A DNA stretch of 24,000 nt from Lautropia mirabilis (lineage in GTDB: Bacteria; Pseudomonadota; Gammaproteobacteria; Burkholderiales; Burkholderiaceae_E). Location: the NCBI RefSeq assembly GCF_900637555.1, contig NZ_LR134378.1, positions 3,050,784 to 3,074,783 on the forward strand, written 5' to 3'. This document shows positions 1-8,687 of the stretch, piece after piece; the stretch's first letter is position 1, and every line of letters begins with the position of its first letter. Under the pieces are notes generated by a model that did no database searches, was not told where the DNA came from, and saw only the letters and a program-made list of their open reading frames with translations. The position numbers and the translations under genes are program-made.

Positions 1-597
1 GAGGCCCAGCAATGGCAGCACCAGCAGCGCAACGACGAGGTTCTGCCAGAAAGCCACCTGGATGGCGTCCATGCCCCGATTGCCGCGACGGTTGCAGATG
101 GCCAGGCCGGCAAAGCTCAACCCCGAGGCCAGCCCCCACAGGAGCCCCGCGGTGCCCTGGTCGCCCACGTCGAACGAGGGCGTGACCAGCACCAGCCCCA
201 GGGTGACGAGCGCCAGCATCGTGCCCTCTGCCCGGCCAATGCGCTCGCCGAACAGCACGACGTCCAGCAGGGCGATGAAGGCCGGGAAGCTGGCGAAACC
301 CAGCGTGGCCACGGCGACGCCACCCACCTTGACGGCCAGAAAGAAGGTGATCCAGTGCATGGCCAGCAGCAGGCCGCTGACCAGCAGGATGCCGGCGCGA
401 TGCGAGCCCAGCCCCTGCAGCAGCGGCCTGCGCTGCACCAGGGCCAGCACCAGCAGCGCAGTTGCGGCGAACCCTGCCCTGCCGGCGGTGATGGCCACGG
501 CATCGAAACGGATGAGGGCCCCGAGGATGCCGGTGAGCCCGAAAAGCACGGCCGCCCCATGGGCGGCCGCGAGTGCGCTGACGTGCGGGTTCTTCAT
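1..597 (-). CDS. EamA/DMT-family permease, partial (C-terminus runs off the window)
   Basis: The minus-strand frame from the ATG at 597 reads MKNPHVSALAAAHGAAVLFGLTGILGALIRFDAVAITAGRAGFAATALLVLALVQRRPL..., with DMT-like repeated TM segments. The ORF-track entries over this interval are in other frames. Confidence 0.8.
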   Translation of the reverse strand, partial: MKNPHVSALAAAHGAAVLFGLTGILGALIRFDAVAITAGRAGFAATALLVLALVQRRPLLQGLGSHRAGILLVSGLLLAMHWITFFLAVKVGGVAVATLGFASFPAFIALLDVVLFGERIGRAEGTMLALVTLGLVLVTPSFDVGDQGTAGLLWGLASGLSFAGLAICNRRGNRGMDAIQVAFWQNLVVALLVLPLLGL

Positions 598-641
598 GAC
601 CCGCTCATTGTCGGGGCTTGTCGGCGCTCAGGACACCCGGG

Positions 642-941
642 TCAACCCTGCCAGTGCACGCGATGAATCTGCAGCGTGCTGCAGGCATCCTGCAGCTTCT
701 TCACGCCCTCGATGAAATGGGCGGTCTTGTTGTGGGCATCAAGCGCCGCCTGATCCTTCCAGTGCTCGATGATGTAGGCTGTGACCCCGTCCTCGGCATA
801 AGCGGCGCCATAGGAGACGCAGCCGGCTTCCTGGCGGCTGGCCGCCACCAGCTCGGCCGTGGCCTGCTTCAGGCGGTCCAGGTGACCGGGCTTGACCTGC
901 AGCGTGACGACGAGATGGATGGGTTCGGACATTGGAGGCAC
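642..941 (-). CDS. Antibiotic biosynthesis monooxygenase (ABM)/YgiN-like putative quinol monooxygenase
   Basis: 99 aa, MPPMSEPIHLVVTLQVKPGHLDRLKQATAELVAASRQEAGCVSYGAAYAEDG...; typical ABM-fold pattern (ARQEAGCVSY, EHWKDQAALDAHNKTAHF). Confidence 0.85.
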   Translation of the reverse strand: MPPMSEPIHLVVTLQVKPGHLDRLKQATAELVAASRQEAGCVSYGAAYAEDGVTAYIIEHWKDQAALDAHNKTAHFIEGVKKLQDACSTLQIHRVHWQG

Positions 942-1164
942 CTCCCTGATTTCTGTTCTGTACAGTGCGGCCTATGTTACCGAAGCCGTCCCTGGACAGC
1001 CCGGCAATCCCGGACACCCCGGCCTGGCCTGGCCCGGCCCGGGACAGGACAGGACGGGACTGGGCCTTGGGGGCAGCCGTCTCCTTTTCGACGGTGGCGT
1101 CGTTGTGGATACGATAAAGAAGTTTTCATGATGAACGACGCCGGTGGTGATCATATAAGATCGC

Positions 1165-3054
1165 GTGATGATCACCCCGAGTTCTCCAGACCGTGGGAAC
1201 CGCGAAGGCGAGACGCCTGCCGGGCACGCAGAGTCAGCCCCCGTTCGACAACATCCTGCATCCTCCCGTTCCATCCCGGGCATGCGGCTTGACGCTGCCT
1301 GCCTGATCCATGCGCTGAGTCCGCTGCTCTGGATTCCCCAGGCCGCGCTGCTGGCGCTGGGTGTCGCCCGTCTGCAGTCAGGCGCGGGCCTGGCCGGTGT
1401 GGTGTGGCCAGCAGCGGGCATCGTCGTGGCCGGCCTGCTGCGCGCCTGGCTGGATGCCTGGAGCAGCACCCGGATGTTCGAGTCGGCACGTGAACGCCTG
1501 AGTCTCTGGCGGGAACGGGCCATCACCTCTCTGTCTGCGCGTTCGCCGCTGGATCGTTCCCGGCTGCATGCCGGCACGGCCGCCAGTGTGCTGGCCGAAC
1601 AGGCCGAGGCTATCCTGCCATGGCTGACGCGCTACCACGGTGCCATGTGGCGCGTGCGCCTGATGCCCCTGGTGATCCTGCTGCCCGTGGCGTGGTACAG
1701 CTGGGCCGCCGCGGCCGTGCTGATCACGGCAGCCCCGCTCATTCCGCTGTTCATGGTGCTGGTGGGCTGGCGCGCCCGGGCGGCCAGCGAGGCGCAATGG
1801 CTGCAGATGAGCAGCATGAACGCCTTCCTGCTGGATCGGCTGCGGGGGCTGCCCACGTTGCGTGCCCTGGGCAGCGTGCAGGCCACGGCCCGCCGGTTGC
1901 GTGCCAGTGCCGAAGACCTGCGCCAGCGCACGATGAAGGTGCTGCGCATTGCGTTCCTGTCTTCGGCGGTACTGGAGCTTTTCTCGGCGCTGGGCGTGGC
2001 GATGGTGGCGGCCTATGTGGGCTTTCACGTGCTGGGCTATCTGGAATTCGGTGCCTGGGGTGGCCGGCTCACACTGGGCGAAGGGCTTTTCATCCTGCTG
2101 CTGGCGCCCGCGTTCTTCGAGCCGCTGCGCGAACTGGCCGCGGTCTGGCATGACCGCGCCGCCGGCGTTGCCGCCATGGACGCCCTGGAGCGGCTGAACG
2201 GGAACGGCCTGCCGCTGCTGGATGAGGCCCATGCCGTTCGGCCTGACACCGGAGAGCCGGCAACGGATCCCCTTGCGTCCACCCGCCATGATCGACCGGC
2301 CCCCGAGGCGGTGAAGCCGGCATCGGTAAAAGCGGCATCGGCAAAAGCGGCATCAGTGAAACCGGCATCGGTGGATCCTGCATCACCCCAGCGTCCAGCC
2401 CCCAGTGTGCGGCTCACGGACCTGGGCTTCGCCTTTCCCGATGAGAAACCGGTGTTTCAAGGTTTCTCGCTGGCGGTGCGCCCCGGCGAGCACGTGGCCC
2501 TGGTGGGCGGCAGCGGCACGGGCAAGACGGTCCTGATGTCGCTGCTGGCAGGCCTGCTGGTTCCCACGGCGGGGCGCATCGAGATCGACGGCCAGACACT
2601 GGCTCCGGACACGGTCCGGGCACTGCGTGAACGCATGGCCTGGATGGGGCAGCGCGCCCACGTGTTTGCCGCCCCTGTGCGAGACAACATCGCGCTCGGC
2701 CGCCCAAGCGTCGATGACGAACGGGTGCGCCAGGCCATCACCAAGGCCCGGCTCGATACCGTGGCCCAGGCCCATCCGGGCATCTCGCTGGGCGAAGGCG
2801 GAACAGGCCTGTCGGGGGGCGAGGCCGCGCGTCTTGCGCTGGCGCGCCTGATGGCCGCACCTGAAGCCGACCTGCTGCTGGCCGACGAGCCCACGGCCCA
2901 CCTGGACAGTGAAACCGCCGATCAAGTGGCCGAGTCCCTGGTGACGCTGGCCCGGGGCCGCACGCTGATCGTGGCCACCCATGATCCCCGACTGGCCGCG
3001 CGCATGGACCGCATCGTGCAGTTGCCCTCCCCGGATCCGGAGACTGCGGCATGA
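1165..3054 (+). CDS. cydD: Thiol reductant ABC exporter subunit CydD (start may be GTG 1165, ATG 1168 or ATG 1282)
   Basis: 629 aa. Six-TM exporter domain plus NBD with Walker A GGSGTGKT, signature LSGGEAARLALARL and Walker B ADLLLADEPTAHLD. Its stop overlaps the cydC start by ATGA, and cydAB lie directly downstream. Confidence 0.93.
   Translation: MMITPSSPDRGNREGETPAGHAESAPVRQHPASSRSIPGMRLDAACLIHALSPLLWIPQAALLALGVARLQSGAGLAGVVWPAAGIVVAGLLRAWLDAWSSTRMFESARERLSLWRERAITSLSARSPLDRSRLHAGTAASVLAEQAEAILPWLTRYHGAMWRVRLMPLVILLPVAWYSWAAAAVLITAAPLIPLFMVLVGWRARAASEAQWLQMSSMNAFLLDRLRGLPTLRALGSVQATARRLRASAEDLRQRTMKVLRIAFLSSAVLELFSALGVAMVAAYVGFHVLGYLEFGAWGGRLTLGEGLFILLLAPAFFEPLRELAAVWHDRAAGVAAMDALERLNGNGLPLLDEAHAVRPDTGEPATDPLASTRHDRPAPEAVKPASVKAASAKAASVKPASVDPASPQRPAPSVRLTDLGFAFPDEKPVFQGFSLAVRPGEHVALVGGSGTGKTVLMSLLAGLLVPTAGRIEIDGQTLAPDTVRALRERMAWMGQRAHVFAAPVRDNIALGRPSVDDERVRQAITKARLDTVAQAHPGISLGEGGTGLSGGEAARLALARLMAAPEADLLLADEPTAHLDSETADQVAESLVTLARGRTLIVATHDPRLAARMDRIVQLPSPDPETAA
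2311..2385 (+). repeat. Five in-frame tandem 15-bp units encoding (V/A)-(K/D)-(P/A)-A-S in the CydD interdomain linker
   Basis: GTGAAGCCGGCATCG GTAAAAGCGGCATCG GCAAAAGCGGCATCA GTGAAACCGGCATCG GTGGATCCTGCATCA. Confidence 0.85.
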
Positions 3055-4808
3055 CAGGAAAGGACGACCCGCTAACAGGGAAAGACGCCCCGGTGACCGA
3101 GAGGGACAGCGCGGCGAAGGATGGCATGGCCCATCGTTCCTCCCTGCCCGCCCTGAAGGCGATGTGCGACGGCGCGTCGACACGCATGAAATGGGGCGCC
3201 GCGCTGGCTGCCGTGACGGTGCTGGCCGGCATGGGCCTGCTGGGCCTGTCGGGATGGTTCATCACGGCAACCGCCATTGCCGGGCTGCAGCCCGCCACCG
3301 CGCTGGCCTTCGATGTCTTTGCGCCATCTGCCGGCATCCGGCTGCTGGCGCTGGGGCGCACCGTGTCCCGCTATGGCGAGCGGCTCGTCACCCATGACGC
3401 CACCCTGGCGGCGCTGGCGCAACTGCGCGAACGCCTCTTCCGCGGCTGGGCAGAGAGCACCAGCATCCAGGACCTGCTGCGCCGTCCGGCACGGGCCCTG
3501 TTCCGGCTGACCACGGACCTGGATGCGCTGGACGCCTTCTATCTTCGCCTGCTGGTGCCGGCCGCCGCGGCGCTGGGTGCGACGCTGCTGGCCACGGTCG
3601 TGGTCGGCGTGATGTCGCCCTGGCTCGGCCTCGCGCTGGGCGGCTGGATGCTGATCATCGGCCTGGCCGTGATCATCGTGTTGGCCCGCCGCTCGCGGCG
3701 CCCCGCCACACGGCGGGCCCTGCTCACGGAAAGGCTGCGCGCCCAGGCCGTGGACCTGGTGTCGGGCCAGACGGAACTGCTCATGGCCGGCCGGCTGGCC
3801 GCCCAGCGAGACACCCTGCGCCGCACGGATGAACGTCTGGCGCGCAGTGACCGTCGTCTGCAGCGACTGGACGCGAAAGCGGCCGCCATCCATGGTGTGG
3901 CCGGCAGCCTCACGCTGGCCCTGGTCCTGCTGGGTGTGGGCCTGCTGGCCGAACAGGGGCAGATCGGCACGCCGGAAGCAGCCCTGGCGCTACTGATTGC
4001 GCTGACGGCCATGGAACCCTTTGCGGCGCTGCGTCGGGGAGCACTCGAATCGGGCCGCGCCTGGCTGGCGGCTCGTCGGCTTTCCCCCCACTGCGCGCCG
4101 ACCGTTCAGCCCCCCGCCCAACGCCCTGACACGGGCTGTGCGATCATCGTGGATGACGTGTCGGTCCGTCATCCGGACAGCCCTGTGGATGCACTGACCG
4201 CACTGTCGCTGAAGCTGGCCGCGGGCGAACGGGTCGCCGTGGTCGGCCCCAGCGGCGCAGGCAAGTCGACACTGATGGCGCTGATCGCCGGAGAGCGCCA
4301 TCCGCACACCGGGCGCGTCCTGACGCAGCCCGGCGCCTGGCTGAACCAGCGTCCGGACCTGTTCCAGGACAGCCTGCGCGACAACCTGCGCCTGGCCGAC
4401 CCGGACGCGGACGACGCCGCACTGTGGCAGGCCCTGGAAGCAGCCGGTCTGGCGGACGCCATACGGCGCCTGCAGGCCGGGCTGGACACGCGACTGGGCG
4501 AAGGCGGCCTGGGGCTGTCGGCCGGCCAGGCCCGCCGCCTGGCGCTGGCCCGACTGCTGCTTCAGAAGCGCCCCCTGTGGCTGCTGGATGAGCCGACCGA
4601 GGGGCTGGATGCCGCCACGGCCGCCGATGTGCTGGCCCGACTGGACACGCTGGGCCAAGGGCGTGCATGGCTGATGGCCGCCCATCTGCGCCGCGAAGCG
4701 GCGCTGGCCGATCGCCTGCTGGTGCTGCGCAACGGCAGGCTCGAAGGTGAATTCCGGCGCGGCAGCGAGGGCTTCGAGGCCGCGCTGGCTGCGCTGAGAC
4801 CCGATTGA
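3051..4808 (+). CDS. cydC: Thiol reductant ABC exporter subunit CydC
   Basis: 585 aa ABC exporter with Walker A GPSGAGKS, signature LSAGQARRLALARL and LLDEPTEGLD; directly between cydD and cydA. Confidence 0.92.
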   Translation: MTGKDDPLTGKDAPVTERDSAAKDGMAHRSSLPALKAMCDGASTRMKWGAALAAVTVLAGMGLLGLSGWFITATAIAGLQPATALAFDVFAPSAGIRLLALGRTVSRYGERLVTHDATLAALAQLRERLFRGWAESTSIQDLLRRPARALFRLTTDLDALDAFYLRLLVPAAAALGATLLATVVVGVMSPWLGLALGGWMLIIGLAVIIVLARRSRRPATRRALLTERLRAQAVDLVSGQTELLMAGRLAAQRDTLRRTDERLARSDRRLQRLDAKAAAIHGVAGSLTLALVLLGVGLLAEQGQIGTPEAALALLIALTAMEPFAALRRGALESGRAWLAARRLSPHCAPTVQPPAQRPDTGCAIIVDDVSVRHPDSPVDALTALSLKLAAGERVAVVGPSGAGKSTLMALIAGERHPHTGRVLTQPGAWLNQRPDLFQDSLRDNLRLADPDADDAALWQALEAAGLADAIRRLQAGLDTRLGEGGLGLSAGQARRLALARLLLQKRPLWLLDEPTEGLDAATAADVLARLDTLGQGRAWLMAAHLRREAALADRLLVLRNGRLEGEFRRGSEGFEAALAALRPD

Positions 4809-4844
4809 TACACCATCCCGAAACCGAGAAGAGGAACCCCCAAC

Positions 4845-6428
4845 ATGGATGTCGACATCGTCAGCCTATCAAGGCTGCAATTTGCGCTGACAGCGCTCTA
4901 CCACTTCCTGTTCGTCCCGCTCACGCTGGGCCTGTCCATCCTGCTCGCCATCATGGAAACGGTTTACGTGATGACGGGGCGTTCCATCTGGCGTGACATG
5001 ACCCGGTTCTGGGGCACGCTCTTCGGCATCAACTTTGCCATGGGCGTGGCCACCGGCATCGTGATGGAGTTCCAGTTCGGCATGAACTGGAGCTACTACA
5101 GCCACTATGTCGGCGACATCTTCGGGGCGCCGCTGGCCCTGGAGGGGCTGATGGCCTTCTTCATGGAAGCGACCCTGGTGGGTCTCTTCTTCTTCGGCTG
5201 GGATCGGCTGTCCAAGGTCAAGCACCTGCTGGTGACCTGGGCGGTGGCCATCGGCTCGAACTTCTCGGCACTCTGGATCCTGATCGCCAACGGCTGGATG
5301 CAGAACCCGGTGGGCGCAGAGTTCAACCCGCAGACCATGCGGATGGAGATGAAGGACTTCTTTGCCGTCCTCACCAACCCCGTGGCACAGGCCAAGTTCG
5401 TGCACACGGTCTCGGCCGGTTATGTCGCAGCCGCCATCTTCGTGCTGGGCATCTCGGCCTGGTACGTGCTCAAGGGCCGGCACCTGCAGCTGGCCAAGCG
5501 CTCGATGACGGTGGCCGCATCGTTCGGTCTGGCCGCCTCGCTGTCGGTGGCGGTGCTGGGTGACGAAAGCGGCTACCTCACGACGGAACACCAGAAGATG
5601 AAACTGGCGGCCATCGAGGCCATCTGGGATACCGAGCCGGCCCCTGCCCCGTTCACGGCCTTCGGCTTTCCTGACCAGGAAGCCCGCGAGACGCACTATG
5701 CCGTGCACGTGCCCTGGGTCATGGGCCTGATCGGCACGCGCTCGCTCAACACGGAAATCCCCGGCATCAAGGATCTGGTCCAGCGCGCCGAGCACCACGT
5801 CCGCGACGGTCTGAAGGCCTATGACGCCCTGCAGAAGATCCGTGCCGCCAAGGGCAACCTCGACGCCAACGCGCCGGAGCGTGCCATCTTCGAGGAACAC
5901 GGCCATGCGCTGGGCTATGCACTGCTGCTCAAGCGTTATGTGGACGATCCCCGTCAGGCCACGCCCGAGCAGATCAGCCGCGCGGCCTGGGACACGGTGC
6001 CACAGGTGGCTCCGCTGTTCTTCTCGTTCCGTGCCATGGTGGGCGTGGGCCTGTTCCTGATCCTGCTGACCGCCACGTTCTTCTGGCTGTCGGCACGCCG
6101 CCGGCTGGATGCCTACCCGTGGCTGCTGCGGATTGCCGTGTTCGCCATCCCGCTGCCCTGGATCGCCATCGAGAGCGGCTGGCTCGTGGCCGAGCTGGGA
6201 CGCCAGCCCTGGGTCATCGAAGGGGTGCTGCCGACAGCCGTGGCCGTCTCGAACCTGGGCGCCTCCACCGTGCTCTTCACGATTGCCGGCTTCGTGGCGA
6301 TCTACACCGTCCTGCTGATCATCGAGATGAAGCTGATGTTCAAGGCCATCCGCAAGGGGCCGGAAGACCATCCGATCCCGCATGAAACTCAGCCCGGTGA
6401 AGCCAGCGCCCTGGCTTCCGCACAGTGA
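4845..6428 (+). CDS. cydA: Cytochrome bd-type ubiquinol oxidase subunit I, with an E. coli-like long Q-loop
   Basis: 527 aa, strongly similar to E. coli CydA: SRLQFALTALYHFLFVPLTLGLS, MEFQFGMNWSYYSHYVGDIFGAPLALEGLMAFFMEAT, GWLVAELGRQPWVIEGVLPTAV. Confidence 0.98.
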   Translation: MDVDIVSLSRLQFALTALYHFLFVPLTLGLSILLAIMETVYVMTGRSIWRDMTRFWGTLFGINFAMGVATGIVMEFQFGMNWSYYSHYVGDIFGAPLALEGLMAFFMEATLVGLFFFGWDRLSKVKHLLVTWAVAIGSNFSALWILIANGWMQNPVGAEFNPQTMRMEMKDFFAVLTNPVAQAKFVHTVSAGYVAAAIFVLGISAWYVLKGRHLQLAKRSMTVAASFGLAASLSVAVLGDESGYLTTEHQKMKLAAIEAIWDTEPAPAPFTAFGFPDQEARETHYAVHVPWVMGLIGTRSLNTEIPGIKDLVQRAEHHVRDGLKAYDALQKIRAAKGNLDANAPERAIFEEHGHALGYALLLKRYVDDPRQATPEQISRAAWDTVPQVAPLFFSFRAMVGVGLFLILLTATFFWLSARRRLDAYPWLLRIAVFAIPLPWIAIESGWLVAELGRQPWVIEGVLPTAVAVSNLGASTVLFTIAGFVAIYTVLLIIEMKLMFKAIRKGPEDHPIPHETQPGEASALASAQ

Positions 6429-6447
6429 TACTGCAAGGAAAAGGAAC

Positions 6448-7602
6448 ATGATCCTCCACGAACTCGTCTCCTACGAAGTGCTGCGCGTGATCTGGTGGGC
6501 ACTGATGGGTGTGCTGCTGATCGGCTATGCGGTGACCGACGGCTTCGACCTGGGCATCGGCACGCTGCTGCCCTTCGTCGCACGCACCGATATCGAGCGC
6601 CGCACCGTCATCAACACCATCGGCCCCATCTGGGAAGGCAACCAGGTCTGGCTGATCCTGGGCGGCGGCGCCATCTTCGCCGCCTGGCCGCAGCTGTACG
6701 CGGTGTCGTTCTCGGGCTTCTACCTGGCCATGTTCGCCATCCTGTTCGCATTCATCCTGCGGCCGGTGGCCTTCAAGTTCCGCAGCAAGCGTGAAGACCC
6801 CGCCTGGCGCAGCCGCTGGGATGCCGTCCTGTTCATGGCCGGACTCCTGCCCTCGATCATCTTCGGAGTGGCCGTGGGCAACGTGCTGCAGGGCGTGCCC
6901 TTCCACATCGGGGAAGACATGCAGATCTTCTATGAAGGCACCTTCCTTGGTCTGCTCAACCCCTTCGGCCTGCTGTGCGGTCTGGTGTCGCTGGCCATGC
7001 TGGTGATGCACGGGGCGGCCTGGCTGCAGCTCAAGACCTCGGGCATCGTGGCCGAGCGCGCACGACGCTTCGGCATCGTGGCGGCCATCCTGACCGTGGT
7101 GCTGTACGCGGTGGCGGGCGTCGTGCTGGCCCATCTGGTGAACGGCTACGTCATCACCAGCAACCTGCCCACCGATGGGGTCTCGAACCCGCTGCTCAAG
7201 ACCGTGAGCACGCAGGCCGATGCCTGGTTTGCCAACTACGCGGCCCACCCGCTGCTGTGGGCGGTTCCGGCTGTGGGCCTGGCAGGTCCGCTGCTGGCGG
7301 CGCTGTGCCTGGCCGGTCGCCGGCCGCTGGCAGCCCTGCTAACCGGGGGCCTGGGCATTGCCGGCATCATCGGCAGTGTGGGGGCATCAATGTTCCCGTT
7401 CATCCTCCCGTCGTCCAGCATGCCTGCGGCAAGCCTGACGGTGTGGGACTCGTCCTCGAGCCACCTCACGCTGTTCATCATGCTCATTTCCGCGGCCATC
7501 TTCATGCCCATCATCCTGACCTACACGAGCTGGGTCTTCACGGTGCTGCGCGGCAAGGTGGACGCTGACGACATCCGGAAGGGCAAGGGCCATGCGTACT
7601 GA
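6448..7602 (+). CDS. cydB: Cytochrome bd-type ubiquinol oxidase subunit II
   Basis: MILHELVSYEVLRVIWWALMGVLLIGYAVTDGFDLGIGTLLPFVARTDIERRTVINTIGPIWEGNQVW...; canonical CydB. The listed ORF starts upstream, but ATG 6448 follows an AAGGAA-type RBS. Confidence 0.97.
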   Translation: MILHELVSYEVLRVIWWALMGVLLIGYAVTDGFDLGIGTLLPFVARTDIERRTVINTIGPIWEGNQVWLILGGGAIFAAWPQLYAVSFSGFYLAMFAILFAFILRPVAFKFRSKREDPAWRSRWDAVLFMAGLLPSIIFGVAVGNVLQGVPFHIGEDMQIFYEGTFLGLLNPFGLLCGLVSLAMLVMHGAAWLQLKTSGIVAERARRFGIVAAILTVVLYAVAGVVLAHLVNGYVITSNLPTDGVSNPLLKTVSTQADAWFANYAAHPLLWAVPAVGLAGPLLAALCLAGRRPLAALLTGGLGIAGIIGSVGASMFPFILPSSSMPAASLTVWDSSSSHLTLFIMLISAAIFMPIILTYTSWVFTVLRGKVDADDIRKGKGHAY

Positions 7603-7653
7603 TCCCTGCTGCCTCACTCTCCCCCGCAACGTTCACCGATAAGGACACCGACC

Positions 7654-7785
7654 ATGTGGTATTTCGCCTGGATTCTGGGCCTGCCCCTGGCAGCCGCCTT
7701 TGCCGTGCTCAACGCAATGTGGTTCGAGCTGATGGAAGATGACGCCATCCGGCGTGACCGGCTGGAGCCGCACGAGAAACCGTGA
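7654..7785 (+). CDS. cydX: Cytochrome bd oxidase small subunit CydX/YbgT family
   Basis: Read by hand: MWYFAWILGLPLAAAFAVLNAMWFELMEDDAIRRDRLEPHEKP* (43 aa). It has the MWYFxWILG...NAMWxE CydX pattern, follows cydB directly, and is too short for the supplied ORF track. Confidence 0.95.
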   Translation: MWYFAWILGLPLAAAFAVLNAMWFELMEDDAIRRDRLEPHEKP

Positions 7786-7793
7786 CGGCACCG

Positions 7794-7833
7794 GGTCCCG
7801 GCGCAGCCCTGTAGTGCGGGCAGCGCCGGGACC
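7794..7833 (+). terminator. Rho-independent terminator of the cyd operon
   Basis: 11-bp perfect inverted repeat GGTCCCGGCGC ... GCGCCGGGACC (18-nt loop) followed by TTTCGTTTTC, 8 nt after the cydX stop. Confidence 0.85.
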
Positions 7834-8187
7834 TTTCGTTTTCTGGCAGGACATGCGCGGGACAGGCCTTCATGGGCCTGCCCGGGCTTTGAAGGAGGTT
7901 CGGATGCCGCACAGGCTTCCGAAGTGATGCAGATCCTGCCGGTGTTGCGGGGCCGAGAAAGACAACGGAAATGGCCCGCACACGACGGCGGCGACACGTG
8001 ATGTCGCGCTTCATGCGGACGTTGCCAAGGAGACAGGGGGAGATGAGATGGGCGCCTGGCGCTGAAATGCGCTGGCTGCCGCGGCCGGGAACCGACCGGG
8101 ATGTCGACGGCTGTGGACCTTGGGGGTGCTGGCCATGGGCCAGTACGCCATGACCACCGACCCGGTGTTGCCACCGATGAAGGAATG

Positions 8188-8263
8188 TGGAGCGGGCGAC
8201 GAGCCTCGAACTCGCGACCTCAGGCTTGGGAAGCCGGCGCTCTACCAACTGAGCTACGCCCGC
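8188..8263 (-). tRNA. tRNA-Gly(CCC), CCA end encoded
   Basis: The reverse complement GCGGGCGTAGCTCAGTTGGTAGAGCGCCGGCTTCCCAAGCCTGAGGTCGCGAGTTCGAGGCTCGTCGCCCGCTCCA folds as a cloverleaf. Acceptor GCGGGCG/CGCCCGC, anticodon loop TTCCCAA, one mismatch in the anticodon stem. Confidence 0.93.
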
Positions 8264-8687
8264 ATGGCGCGCATTGTACGATGATTTCTGTCCGCCTGCC
8301 CAGCTGCACAGTGGCAAGCCGGCCGCGCCCTCCCCCGGTACATCCGACAGGCGGCTGTGGGCGACATCGTCCCCATCCGAGAAGCGTGGCGGGACAGAAG
8401 GCTGCGTGTCGTCAGATTTGCAACACTCCCCCGACGGTGGTCGGGCCGCCGGGCGGCGCCTGACGGGATCCGCATCGTCCTCCTTATCATGGAGGGTCTT
8501 GCGCACGTTGCGGGCGCATGCCGGCGACCTTCTCGCTGAACCGTGCGGGTCTTCCGCGCGACGCTCCCCGGTGCCCCTGTCGCGGGATACCGCGCAGGCC
8601 GCGGCCTTGCGGCTTCCCATCGGCTGTGCCGCTTCTTCATCGCCCCAGGCGCGCGCGCTCCCTTTCCCGGATTCTGCTTTCACCGTC

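Noticed and set aside
4869-6449. 526-aa minus-strand ORF opposite cydA
   Set aside because: High-GC antisense shadow of an unambiguous cydA; composition is His/Gln/Arg-rich as expected for shadow frames.
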